Shown here: one piece after another, positions 1 to 11,682 of the stretch | Layout: the number at the start of each line of letters is the position of its first letter | Position numbering within the stretch: the first letter of the stretch is position 1 | From: Phaeosaccion multiseriatum | Lineage: Eukaryota > Protista > Ochrophyta, other classes | Reading direction: 5' to 3' | DNA length: 64,000 nucleotides | Assembly: GCA_965112735.1 (NCBI GenBank) | Contig: OZ218950.1 | Span: 6,386,001-6,450,000, forward strand | Program-made: the position numbers and the translations under genes | Notes under the pieces: model-generated | Seen by the model: only the letters and a program-made list of their open reading frames with translations | The model's database searches: none | What the model was told of the DNA's origin: nothing

Positions 1-1367
1 CTTGCGTTACAGGATGCTTGTGCAATGAGCGGCGACGAGTAGAAGGCGTTCTCGAAGCCATGCAGACCCACTTGCCCCCCGCTAGTCTCCCCCTCCGCCG
101 CCTGTAGCGCCCGTAAATAATAGCCTCCTCCTCCTCCTCCTCCTCCTCCTCCTCCTCCTCCCGCCACCGGTTCGTACTCGTCCTTGTCCTCCCCTCCTGG
201 GTATTCATCCGCGTCCTCCTCCTCCGCGTCCTCCTCCTTCTCCTCCTCCTCCTCCTCCCTCACAGGGTCGGCGTTATCCGTCATCAGTTTGGCCATTTTA
301 TACCCTATGGCACCTGCGGTCAAGTTGTTCTGTGGTGGAGAGGACGGGGGGGGGGGGAAGGAGGGAGGGAGGGAAGGAAGGGCCACTTATCAGCCATCCT
401 CTTAATTCGGTGTGAGTCAGAACTCCAAATTCGTCTAGGGGTGCCCTCCCTCCCCTCCCTCCCTCCCTCCACGCTTCACACCTGGTGCGAATGCCAGAAG
501 CGATCTCCGCGGCGTGTGGTCTGCCAAAAGGTCCTCCTCACCGACTCTCTGAAGAGCGGAGAGAGGAAGAGCGAGGGGTTTGATGCACTGGCTCTGCTCT
601 CCGCCAAGCCGCCTGTTGGAAGGGGGGGGGGGGGGGGGGGGGTGGGGATGGTGGGGTGAGTGAGGGAGAGAGAGACAGGTAGGAAGAGAGATAGATAGAA
701 CGAGAGAGAGTAGAGAGAGAGGACAGAAAGAGAAAGACAGTTAAAGAGAGAGGGGGGGGAGAGCACTAAGAGGCAAACACACACGCGCGCACACGCACAC
801 ACACAGCGGCCCGTCGCTCCTCACCGGGCAGGGCCTCGAGAGAGTCCACGTCTCCGTACACAGAGCGGAGCAGCTCTGTGGGCCGGGGGAGGGGGGTGCC
901 AAGACGGAGGAGGGGTGTCAGGTGTCAGGACAGAAGAGGGAGGGGAAGGGGTGTCAAACAAGTGATAAAAACTGGAACACTCAAAGCCGAAAACTGAAAC
1001 TTGAAAAACCGAACCCGAATAGTTGCGCTGTCTTCCTTCTACTCGTGCATCGTACGACACTGGAGTTTCGTCTCCCCCTCACCTGCCACCCCGGGGTCGG
1101 AGGTGACGTCATCGAAATCAGCGGCTCTGCTGAGGCCGAGAGCGGCTCGGGCGTCGTTGTAGGAGGGGATGGCGACGTCTCGCGCTCGCTGGATGTCCAA
1201 CACGGGAGCGTTGAAGGAGGTCTCTGTGAGCAGGTCGTCGACGGTGTGGCTGTGTTTTTGGGGAGAGGAGGGAGAGGACGGGAGGGGAGGGGAGGGGGGA
1301 GAGATGAGAGGAGAGAGAGACACACATACAGAGAGAAGTGACAGGGGAGAGGGAGAGACAGAGAGAC

Positions 1368-1442
<75 letters not shown>

Positions 1443-2398
1443 AGAGAGGAGAGAGAGACAGAGATTGAGAGAGAGAGAGAGACAGAGACAGAGAGAGAGA
1501 CAGAGACAGAGAGAGATAAGAGGAGAGAGAGACAGACAGAGAGAGACAGACAGAGACAGAGATAGATAGATAGAGAGAGAGAGAGCACGCTAGACAGAGC
1601 AACGCACAGCACATACTCAGAGCGAGAGGGCGCCCTTGCCAGCGCGGCCCTGGGCCTCCGGCGCATGTTGGTTCCCCACGCACAGAGTGCGCCGCTACTC
1701 ACAGATCTGTCTCGTACATGACGCCACCCACCATCCCGTTGAGAACGGGATTGAGGCCGTGAGTGGCAAACACGTCGTCGATGAGAGAGGGGTCGAAGGA
1801 AGAGCGGAGAGGGACGGGGTCATAGCTGGACACCGGGGACAGGTCCTCCTTCAGCAGCCTAAGGGGGTGGGGGAGGGATGTACATGTGCATGAAAGCACG
1901 AAAAGTGGTGGTCGCGAAGGTGGGGGTAATGGTGGTGGTGGTGGTGGTGGTGGTGATGGTGGTGGTGGTTGTGGTGGTGGTTGTGATGGTTGTGATGGTG
2001 GTTGTGGTTGTGGTTGTGGTGTGTGGTGAATCATATGGGTAGAGGGGTGAGGAAGGTGGTGAGATGGGGAGAGGACCACCACAAAGACGACAATACACAG
2101 GCAATGCAAAACCAGACACGAGCACAACGCATGGGGAGAGAAGAGCAGAGAAGGGGAGAGAAGGGGAGAGAAGGGGAGGGAAGGGGAGAGAAGGGGAGAG
2201 AAGGGGAGAGAAGAGGACAGAAGGGGAGAGAAGGGGAAAGAAGAGGAGAGAAGAGGACAGAAGGGGGGAGAAGGGGAGAGAACGGGAGAGAACGGGGTGG
2301 AAGGGGGGAGAAGGGGAGAGAAGCGGAGAGAAGAGGAGAGAAGAGGAGCGAAGAAGAGAGAGCCCTCGGCGCGATTGACCACGTCAATGGCACGCAAC

Positions 2399-2439
<41 letters not shown>

Positions 2440-4484
2440 CCTCAGAGAGGGCCCCATGGCCGACCAAAAGAAGCGGCTCGCCACGATGGCATAAAACACA
2501 TCCGTGGAGGGGTCGACGGTGGCGTCGTAGGGTTGGTTGGTCGGCGTCTCGCCCAGGAGGTACAGCAGCCACTCGAAGAAGGTGATGTGCTGAAATACCG
2601 CTATCGTCCACATGCGAGCCGCCTGGGGCATGGAGGGGGTGGGTGGGTGGATGGGTGGGAAGGGTGGGTTGTGTGGCTAAGTGGATAGGTGCTGGTTACG
2701 GTTACAAAAAAGGGGGTTGGGTTGGGTGGGGAAAAGAAAAAACGTTCTCTCCCCTCCCACCCGCTCACCTCAAAGATTTGGTCGTCTCCCCATGGAGCAC
2801 AAGGCTCGGGTTGGCAGTCGTCCCCGCTCCCATCCCCCCCCCGACACGCTCTGGGCAAACACCCCCCGAAGTCCTCCTCCACCTCCCTAAGATGGTCGAC
2901 GGTGAGTGCGGAGGCCCGACGGTTGTGCTCTCTCATGAGCAACGTCACCAGAGACAGGGTGCCGAGGTTAGAGGCCAGTCCCTGAGGACACAGTTCACAA
3001 GCACGAGTACATTGGACGTATTTTCGTTGAGAGAGAAAGATAGAGAGACAGAGATGGAGGGAGGGAGGGAGGGAGGGAGGGGAGGGAGGGAGGGGAGGGA
3101 GAAGAGTCAGCAGACGCCGATCGATGCCCACCGGGGTTCATGCCGGGTGAGACTCGCGTCAGTGCGGCCGTGTGCATGTCACATACCCTGTATCCTCTGA
3201 CCCACACCCCTATACCCTATGCGACATACCCTATGCCCTGTACCTGGTCTGCCACCTTCCACCTGCCGTCCACGAGGCGAGGGAGGTTGGTGTCCGGTGC
3301 CAGGTCCAGTTTTCCATCGGAGAAAGTCCTGCGTCAGTGAATGAATGCAATGACCACGAGCACAAGAGGGGAGCAGCCGATGGAAAGCGATGGAACGGGG
3401 GGAGGGTAAGCTTAGAGACCGGAATAGGATCAAGCAAGGCAGTGATGTGGAGGGAGGAGTGTCCCGTTCCCAGGTTGGAGGCAACTATCTCGACCTTGAT
3501 AGGGGTCCAAGCTGGCTCCCTGACCTCACATCCTGGCCCTGGCCCTGGCCCTGACCCTCACTCTGACTCTGACCCCTTACCCCTGACCCCTGACCCTGAT
3601 CGCTCGAAGACCTTGGAGACGGTGTCGTGATACCTCCCCCCCCCCCCTCCACACACACACACACACACACCTCAGGGAATTGACCGTGGCTTCGTCACTT
3701 CCGTAGAGAAAGTCCAGATCTAGGAAGTGTGTGGAGGAGGATATGGGCTGGCGAAGGCCCGTGCTGGCATTGAGCTGCGCCTGGCTGCGGTTGAAGGGAA
3801 TGGAGGAGTCAGCATTGGGGCACTGATTGTCCCACACCCCGTCATCACAGGGAATGTCAAAAGGCTCGGATGCGTTTTGGTAGGGGGTTCCTGCCAGATC
3901 TCTGGACACCAGCCAGCCCCAGAAGGCAAAGAGCTGCGAGGCGGGTATGCTGTCCGCGTCGCCGTATGCGTAGTTGGGTCTGCCGTCACCGTTGCTTGGG
4001 AGAAAGGAAAGCGGCACAAAGAGGCGGAGGTAGAGAAGGACGTTAAGAGATGGAAGGGACAAGGGAGGAGGCCCCGCGTGTATTTGAGGGACGTACTTGC
4101 TGACCCGCGGCGTGTCCCTCAGGTAGAGCTCCCGCATAATGGTCCTCGCCGAGGGCAGCCCTTCGCCAGCAGGATCCGCCCCCAGCCCATCTCCCGTCGG
4201 GAAGGCAGAGGGGATATCTCGATATTTGTAGGGGCTAGCAGTCATTCCCCAGTCAAAATGTTCCCTGTTATTGCCCGAACCATTATAGGCCCTCCAGTCC
4301 AATTGCAAAAAGCAGTTGACGGTACAGCCTGTAGCGATAGAGAAGGAGTCATTACAATATAGCAAACCGAAGCTAATGACTGCTTAAAACATGGCTACAA
4401 ACCTGAATCCACGAAATCTAGCTCGTGGGCTTGCGAGAGAAGCATCCCCGCCTGCAGGACCAGCAGAAGAAGCAGAGGGTGCAT
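1..4484 (-). CDS. Secreted/membrane animal-type haem peroxidase-domain protein (An_peroxidase/DUOX-like), catalytic residues absent; multi-exon, runs off the left edge
   Basis: ATG 4484 with signal peptide MHPLLLLLVLQAGMLLSQA. GT-AG joined exons give WRAYNGSGNN..WG, LPSARTIMREL, PFNRS, THFLDLDFLYGS, TLLMREHNR, ARMWTIAVFQHITFFEWL, DIQRARDVAIPSYNDAR and RRGDRFW, in canonical peroxidase-cyclooxygenase order. Confidence 0.85.
1262..1585. repeat. (GA)n/GAGACA compound microsatellite in peroxidase intron
   Basis: Direct inspection; it produces the spurious ERER/SLSL ORFs. Confidence 0.95.
2132..2360. repeat. 10-bp polypurine minisatellite (AAGGGGAGAG)n, intronic
   Basis: About 20 degenerate tandem copies. 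Confidence 0.9.
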
Positions 4485-4826
4485 TGTCCCACGCATCGGC
4501 ATCCACAACACCCCAGTAAAGAAAGTCTTGTCTCTCAATCCCTGAATCTCGTCGTTCCCCCCATCTTCCCGTCCTCCCTCAGTTCCCTGTCTTCCTTCTA
4601 CACCCACAGACAATAGCGTAGACTTGAAGGGGCTTAACCTCCAATGCTTTCCCCACCGGAGAGATGACTCTCGCGCAAAGAAAGCCAAAAACCCCACAAC
4701 TTCCACCCCCGCCCAGCTGACTAAACACAGATTTTTCGCATTCGATGGCAGCAGACGGATGACTAATTTGCACCTTCGGGATCGGGATCGATCGGGAGGT
4801 TATACGAGCGAGAAGCAACAGGGGTC

Positions 4827-5749
4827 ATGAGAGACAATTGGGAGACGCAGCTTGTAAGTGCGCTGCCTCTGCAGCTCTTCCTTGTCACGCCCTACGCCTC
4901 ACCTCTGTCTTTCTACCCTATCCTTACTCTCTTCGCTCTTCTCAGAGAGGGGAGCAATGTCTTCTCGTGCCGTACCGTCGCAGATACGTGAAGCGGTACC
5001 ACGAGTGGATGCAAGACCCTTGGATAAGAGAGATGACGGCCTCTGAGCCGCTGAGCCTGCAGGAGGAGTACTCCATGCAGGAGTCGTGGCACTTGGATGA
5101 TAAGAAATGCACCTTTATTGTTCTGCACGCTGCGACCCTTGACAAAAGCACCGCAACCACCACCAGCAGAGCTAAAGCCGATGGCACGGCTGCTTCCTTC
5201 GATGAAGTAGAGGTCGTTGTCAAGGAGGAGAAGGAGGAGGAGGAGGAAGAGGGAGGAAGCAGCAGCAGCGGCGGCAGCAGTATCGGCTGGGGGTCGAGCA
5301 TGGCGGGAGACGTGAACCTCTTCTTCAACGACTACGAAGACGAGCACGCCTGCGAGATTGAGATTATGATTGCCGAGGAGAAATTCCGCGGCCGCGGGAT
5401 GGGCAGGGAGGCTCTCGTCCTGATGATGCAGTACGCTGCGGTCCACCTCCAAGTGTCAAGGTTCTATGCGAAGATCGGCGACGCCAACAAGGCCTCCCAC
5501 GCGCTCTTTGCCAAGCTGGGCTACGTCAAGCGTAAGTATGTGGCCGCCTTCAAGGAGACGGAGCTGGAGTTTGTGCTGGATGAGGCGAGCAGAGAGAGGC
5601 TGCGTGGCTGGGCGGGGAGCATGCAGTTGGTGATACAACCCTACTCGGAGGAGAAGGGGGCACTGGCAGACCCTGCTCCTGCTGTATCGCCACCATCTGC
5701 TGGGGGAGGAAGCGGAGGAGGAGAGGGGCAGGGAGAGAACGGCGGCTGA
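4827..5749 (+). CDS. NAT9: N-acetyltransferase 9-like (GNAT acetyltransf_3); exons 4827-4853, 4946-5749
   Basis: MRDNWETQL|RGEQCLLVPYRRRYVKRYHEWMQDP..TASEPLSLQEEYSMQESW..DKKCTFIVL, MAGDVNLF, EIEIMIAEEKFRGRGMGREA; GTAAGT..CAG intron. Confidence 0.93.
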
Positions 5750-6945
5750 TGGAGACCATGCAGGGAGAAGCGGAGTGGCAAGCTGCACTTCACGGAGAAC
5801 TTGGAGTCCTTCTCGCGGTGACAACTCGAAGCAGCAACAGGTGGCGGTGACAGCCACCCCAGCAAGCAGATGGAGCAGAGCTTTGTTTAGGGCAGGTGCA
5901 GCAGGCTTGACGAACACCACTCCAGAAGGCCTTCGCCTGACCCGCCGCTGCCGTTGGCTCCACCGTCTCACAGCAGATGGGGCTTCGCGGCTGGGGCTCC
6001 AACAGCAGCAGCATTGCATGGGACAAGGGAGGCAGGGTTTCCGAGTCTGGGGGGAGGAGACAAGGAGGAGGTAGATGGCATGGGTGGGCCCCTCCTTCGC
6101 CTTGCCCTCCGTCGCCCTCCTTGAACTCGGCCATGATGAACGCGCCGGGGGGGTGTAACCGAGGCGCCCCCTGCTGCGCTGCTGTCCCTCCTCCTTTGGG
6201 GTTGCCGCACTCTTCGCACCTACGCAGGAATTTGTCTCTCGGTGAGGGCGGGGCACTTGGGCGTTTGAGCATTCATTCGAAGTGTATTGCTTGTTTGAGA
6301 CATCGGGGGGGGGGGGGCTCGAAAGAAGGCAGACAGGCAACTGAGTGTTGTTGGGTTGGGAAGGCCCAAACTGACTGGCCGAGCTCGTCCTTCTGTGTGT
6401 GCTGCGTCGCCACAGGGAGCCAAGCGTAGTACGGCAGCGGCAGAAGCGGGGACAGCGCACGTAGCACTGCATGGGTCAAGGCTAGTGGGAAGCATCGCGT
6501 TGGCGGGGAGGAAGCTGCTGCTGCTGGTGGTGGTGGTGCCATCCCAGGCAATGCCGCATTAAGCCTCGGCCCAGTAGGGGGTCTCGAGAGGGTGTCCCGT
6601 GGGGGCATGCGCTCGTCTCAACGCGTCTATCGAAAAGGGCCACCCGCCTGTATGCAGCCCCACCGACAGGTCAGTGCCTGGTGTCAGGTGTCAGTCACTC
6701 AGTTAGTCAGTCACCAAGCTCGAGCTGGGAACATATGATCCGCCCCCCCTCCCTGCCCATATGCCTCTAACTGCCCCGCCGGCCTGCGTGCCTGCTGCTT
6801 TCCTTCTCCTCAATGATACAGTTGTACAGCCCGGCGAGCAGCGTGGGAAGGTGGTGGGGAAGGAGAGGGCGGTATGGGGGCTAGATACATCGCAGTAGCA
6901 TTTTTCTCCGAGAGGGACAAAGACGGGGAGAAGGGATAGTCTCAA

Positions 6946-7024
6946 TGACACGCTATCCGCTATCCGCTATCGCCGGCGAGCTATCCGCTATCGAGAAAGT
7001 GGGCGATAGCGTGTCAGGGGTCGA
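6946..7024. mobile_element. Short TIR relic related to the TCGACCCCTG family
   Basis: TGACACGCTATC...GATAGCGTGTCA inverted repeat ending CAGGGGTCGA, with internal GCTATC repeats; same terminus as the elements at 39447 and 43199. Confidence 0.55.
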
Positions 7025-7427
7025 CAACAGAGGAGCGTCAAGGAGGAGAGCGGCGCATCAGTTGCAGGGGGTAGCTAGAGAAGCTCAGCAGCAGCGGAGC
7101 CGTGCAAGTACCCAGAGTAGGGAGAGGCAGAGGTAGCATCTACCCTCTTAATCAATCAGAAGGCGCAATTGTATAAAAGTAACGTCTCACCGCCCCGGGG
7201 AATTTAGACATCCACCCATCTGTGACTGGATTGGCTGGATTCTACCCGAGGACCTTGCCCGCAGCTTGGCAGACGGAGCAGCAGCAGCAGCAGCCAGCAG
7301 GGCAGCGAGAGACGTAAGAGAGAAGAGAAAGTAGTAGCAGTGGTGGCAGAGGACGGAGAAGGGCGGTCCCAGGTAGGTCCCAGGACAGGAAGAAGAGATT
7401 CGCCGGGGGAAGGTCGAGGGGGGAGAA

Positions 7428-9275
7428 ATGAGGGGGAGGACGGGCGATGCTACGCCTGGGGCAGGGACAGCGGCTCTAAGGACTGTGGCCAGCCTCATCT
7501 CTGACAAAGCTCTGTGGGGTGTGTGCAAGAAGGTCGATGAGGTCACTGCCCGCACTCTGAGGATCAACGCCGAAATGCCCCAGCGTGTCCAGCAGCGCAT
7601 GCTGAGTCTGCTGAAGCGGCAGCAGGAAGAGGAGGGGAGAAGCGCTGCTTTGGCTTGGCCCACCGCGACTATGCTTACTGCCTCTGCTGCTGCAGCTGCT
7701 GGCTGTGAGGAATGTCCTGCAGTGGGAGCGCGAAGATCGGGGAGGATTCGGGCGAGGCAGGAAGCGCAGCAGCAGCAGAAGCGGCGTGGGAAGAGGCAGC
7801 GCAATGAGGCTGGACCTCCTGATGAGGGGGGCTTGTTTCGCGTGGTGTCTGTGGAGCTCGGTCGTAAGGCCAAGACCTACCAAGATTCGAAGGACGACGC
7901 CAAAATATCTGCTGATGAGGCTCTCGTAACGAAGGTATTGGCGCTGCTGCCAGCATCGGTCAAGCTTGTGCGCTTCTCTGGGGAGTTCAATCAGGCCAAC
8001 GTATGTCTTCCTGGCACAGTTATGGAAGTGGAGCTCGGGTGGCAATTCAACAAACACATCAATCTCCCTGCCTTTCTGAAGAAGATCAAGTTTGAAAAGG
8101 ACTCGAAGTTCAATCAGCAGTTGGTCCTTCCTTTTGGTGTGGAGGAGGTGCAGATGGGGAGTGACTTCAACCTCCCTCTGGACCTGCCTGCCTCGCTGAA
8201 GAAGATCAAATTTCATGAGGACTCGGAGTTCAATCGGCAGTTGGTCCTTCCTTGTCGTGTGCAGGAGGTGGAGATTGGGGATGACTTTAACCTCCCTCTT
8301 GAGCTGCCTGCCTCTGTGAAGAAGATCAGATTTGGCTATCACTTCAATCAGCAGTTGGTCCTTCCTTGTGGTGTGGAGGAGGTGCAGATGGGGCGTGACT
8401 TCAACCTCCCTGTGGAGCTGCCTGCCTCTCTGAAGAAGATCAAGTTTCATCCGGACTCGGATTTCAATCAGCAGTTGTTCCTTCCTTGTCGTGTGGAGGA
8501 GGTGGTCATGGGGCTTGACTTTAACCTCCCTCTGGAGCTGCCTACCTCTCTGAAGAGGATCAGATTTAGCTTTCACTTTAATCAGCACGTGGTCCTTCCT
8601 TGTGGTGTGGAGGAGGTGGTGATGGGGCGTGACTTTAACCTCCCTCTGGAGCTGCCTACCTCTCTGAAGAAGGTCAGATTTGTTGCGTACTCCAAGTTCA
8701 ATGAGCAGTTGGCCCTTCCTTGCGGTGTGGAGGAGGTGCAGATGGGGGGTGACTTTAACCTCCCTCTGGAGCTGCCTACCTCTCTGAAGAAGATTAAGTT
8801 TCATCAGTACTCCAAGTTCAGTCAGCAGCTGGTCCTTCCTCCTGGTGTGGAGGAGGTGCAGATGGGGGATGACTTTAACCTCCCTCTGGAGCTGCCTGCC
8901 TCTCTGAAGAAGGTCAGATTTGGCTGGAAGTTCAATCAGCACGTGGTCCTTCCTTGTGGTGTGGAGGAGATGCAGATGGGGCGTGACTTTAATGTCCCTC
9001 TGGACCTGCCTGCTTCGCTAAAGAAAATCGAGTTTGATTATTCCTCCAGCTTCGATCAGCAGTTGGTCCTTCCTTGTGGTGTGGAGGAGGTGCGGATGGG
9101 GCCTGTCTTTAATCGCCCTCTGGAGCTGCCTGCTTCTCTGCGGACTCTGATACTGGGACCGCGTTACACCTGCCCTTTGGAGAGCCTGCCTGCTGGCCTT
9201 AGGACGCTTTGGGTTGGGATGGACGTCCCGCTGCCTGCAGATCTACCCGAGGGGCTAAAGGTGATTCACTTATAA
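7428..9275 (+). CDS. FNIP-repeat (LRR-like) protein 1, 615 aa, intronless, 9 double repeats
   Basis: Alternating FNQQLVLPCGVEEVQMGxx / FNLPLELPASLKKIKFx(3,5) units; C-cap YTCPLESLPAGLR. Confidence 0.92.
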   Translation: MRGRTGDATPGAGTAALRTVASLISDKALWGVCKKVDEVTARTLRINAEMPQRVQQRMLSLLKRQQEEEGRSAALAWPTATMLTASAAAAAGCEECPAVGARRSGRIRARQEAQQQQKRRGKRQRNEAGPPDEGGLFRVVSVELGRKAKTYQDSKDDAKISADEALVTKVLALLPASVKLVRFSGEFNQANVCLPGTVMEVELGWQFNKHINLPAFLKKIKFEKDSKFNQQLVLPFGVEEVQMGSDFNLPLDLPASLKKIKFHEDSEFNRQLVLPCRVQEVEIGDDFNLPLELPASVKKIRFGYHFNQQLVLPCGVEEVQMGRDFNLPVELPASLKKIKFHPDSDFNQQLFLPCRVEEVVMGLDFNLPLELPTSLKRIRFSFHFNQHVVLPCGVEEVVMGRDFNLPLELPTSLKKVRFVAYSKFNEQLALPCGVEEVQMGGDFNLPLELPTSLKKIKFHQYSKFSQQLVLPPGVEEVQMGDDFNLPLELPASLKKVRFGWKFNQHVVLPCGVEEMQMGRDFNVPLDLPASLKKIEFDYSSSFDQQLVLPCGVEEVRMGPVFNRPLELPASLRTLILGPRYTCPLESLPAGLRTLWVGMDVPLPADLPEGLKVIHL

Positions 9276-10347
9276 GGGATGACGTGACTTGACAGAATCG
9301 GAGGGGCACTCGAGGCCGAGAAAGAACGTTCAAGAGCGAGGCTGGGCAGGATGTGCATTCACATGAGAGCAGCAGCAGCAGCAGCAGCAGCTGCCGCCGC
9401 AGGGAGGAAGGAGCTGCCTCTTGAGAGTGAAGCGCCAAGGTGGATCAGGGTCAGGGCCAGAGGGTCAAGGGATGTTAGCACGGCTGAGTGTGAGGTTGGC
9501 CTCCATTGTCTTTTCGAATCGAGCGTGACTTCATGAGTGGGTGTGTCCATCCTCTGCTGGCAGATGGTGTCTAGGAATGCAGGCAAGGTGGTCATGGGCA
9601 ACAGCGGCAGCAGCAAGAGCAAGAAGAGCAAGAGTAAGAGCAACAACGAGGGAGGCGACGGGAGGTGAAGCAGACAAGGGACTATAGATCCAAGCAGGAG
9701 GAGCAGCAGAAGCAGCAACAGCAGCAGAGCAAGAGGGTGAGGGGAAGCAGCGGCACGGCGTGGGTGAAGGGCAGAGGGGCAGAGTGGCTGCAAGGGCAAG
9801 AGGAGGCAAGGGGGGGCGATGCGGGTGAGAGACAGGAGCTCAAGCAAGAGGAGGAGGAGCAGCGGGAGTGAGAGGGGTGGGAGGAGGAGTAGCGGAGGAT
9901 CAAGGGCAGCAGCAAAGCAGGAGGGGTGTTTGTCCTCCACGATGTCAAGGCGGGGGCAAGCGCGGCATCCTTCGTCAGACCCCCGGGGGAGCAAGGGCGT
10001 TCGAAAGAGCCCCCCACTTGCAAGCCCTCGGCGGTGTGGGAGGAGGCAGCGGCGGTGCCAGCAGACGGAGGAGGACGACCACGAACGACGAGAGCAGGAG
10101 AGGTGCATGGTGGGTCGAGGGCAGAGCTTCGACCCCCTTCAGCGGAGGGGATCTGAGCGGCAGGAGAAGAAAGCCCAGCGCCAGCAGCACCGGCGACCCT
10201 CCCGACGCGCAGCCCCAGCCTCATCTTCAGCGGCGGCACTGCTTGGGTCAAGGGCAGGAGTCGCGGCCTCGATGCCCGATACCCGAGACTCCACCCTCCC
10301 GCTCCTCCTCCCTGTCCCGCTACGGTGCGTCTGCAGGGGCTTGGGAC

Positions 10348-11229
10348 ATGCCCCCCGGGGGAGAGGGAGCATCTCCTCTGCCTGGTCCGGATGGAGACAA
10401 AGGTGAGCGATCATTTCATGCGGACATCGAGTCAACCCCCCCCCCCCCCTTCTCCTTGCGCTGTATGGGAAGGGGATGTGTGTTGCTCTCTCACTTGTCT
10501 CGAACTGACTTGCAGGCACGCACTCTCTGACCCCTCCTCTTTGTTCTGTCGCTCTCTCTCTCTGTCGCCCTCTTCATCTCTTTCGTGTGCCTCTCGTTCT
10601 CCAACCCTCTGTTGCATTGCTCGAAATCTGCTTTTCTCCCCCTCCCCTGTCGCCCTCTCCTTCTCTCCCTCTCTCCTTCTCACTCGCGGTATCTCTCTCA
10701 CACATAATTGTCCCTGTCTTTGCCTCCCTCTCTTTCCCTCCCTCCCTCCCTCCCTCTTCTCTGCTGCTGCATCGCTCCATTTGTGATCTCTACTCACAGC
10801 TCGGGCCTACATGTCTCTGAACGACCTCTCTTCCGCCAGCGCTCACCTCGCCAGGGCACTAGAGGTGGACCCTCACTGTCCAGGAGGTGCGTTGGTGGGG
10901 AGGGAGGATGGCAGTGGATAGGGGGGGGGGGGGAGGACGAAGTGGGCAAGCAGAGGAAGGACCATTCGCATTCACTCACAGCCTTAATTGCGTTTGTTGA
11001 TCTGTTGTGTCACCCCTTTCGCCCCTCCCCTCCCCTCCCTCCAGCCTACGTGGACCTTGGTCAGTTGTGCACGCAGGAGGGCAAGGTGGAGGAGGCGCTT
11101 TGTCTGTACGAGAAGGGCGTGCTCCACTCGCGCTACTTGCACGAGCTGCACGATGCCATGACGTGTCTGCTTGTGGCCAAGGAGCACCTCGCTGCCAAGG
11201 AGGAGCTGGGGATGGGGGACGAGGAGTGA
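10348..11229 (+). CDS. Tom70-like C-terminal TPR module, copy 1 (exons ..10402, 10800-10886, 11045-11229); partial or chimeric gene
   Basis: Phase-compatible GT-AG joins give ARAYMSLNDLSSASAHLARALEVDPHCPGAYVDLGQLCTQEGKVEEALCLYEKGVLHSRYLHELHDAMTCLLVAKEHL, resembling the last TPRs of Tom70. Start uncertain. Confidence 0.55.
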
Positions 11230-11682
11230 AGCAGGAGGGGAGGGGAGGGGAGGAGAGGGGAGGGGGGGAGAGAGGGCGGAGGGGAGAGGAGTAGCGTAGA
11301 GTAAGGTCTGGTGTACTCTTGGCAGCAGGACTGAGAGGAGCGTCCAGGAGGGCGTGTCAGTCGCAGGGGGCAGAGAAGCTCAGCAACAGCGGAGCCGTGC
11401 AAGTACTCAGAGTAGGGAGAGGCAGAGGCAGCAATTACCCTATCAATGAATCAAAGGCCCTCTTCAGCCCCGAATCCGCTTAGCTTCCATCCATCTGTGA
11501 CTGGATTGGCTGGATTCTACCCGAGGACCTTGCCCACAGCTTGGCAGACGGAGCAGCAGCCAGCAGGGCAAGAGAGAAGAGGAAGTAGTAGCAGTGGTGG
11601 CAGAGGACGGAGAAGGGCGGTCCCAAGGAGGGCCCCAGGACAGAAAGAAGAGATTCGCCGGGGGAAGGTCGAGGGGGGAGAA

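Noticed and set aside
981-2688. ERER/SLSL/THTH/polyP/polyF ORFs here and across the window
   Set aside because: Translations of intronic microsatellites.
8059-9130. CRISPR-like look of constant blocks with variable inserts
   Set aside because: Variable parts are 6-15 nt, always in frame within a coding repeat; eukaryotic context and no cas genes.
11446-11682. N-terminal extensions of FNIP2, 4 and 5 in the ORF track
   Set aside because: Not in frame across paralogues and disrupted by TE insertions; probably 5' UTR.
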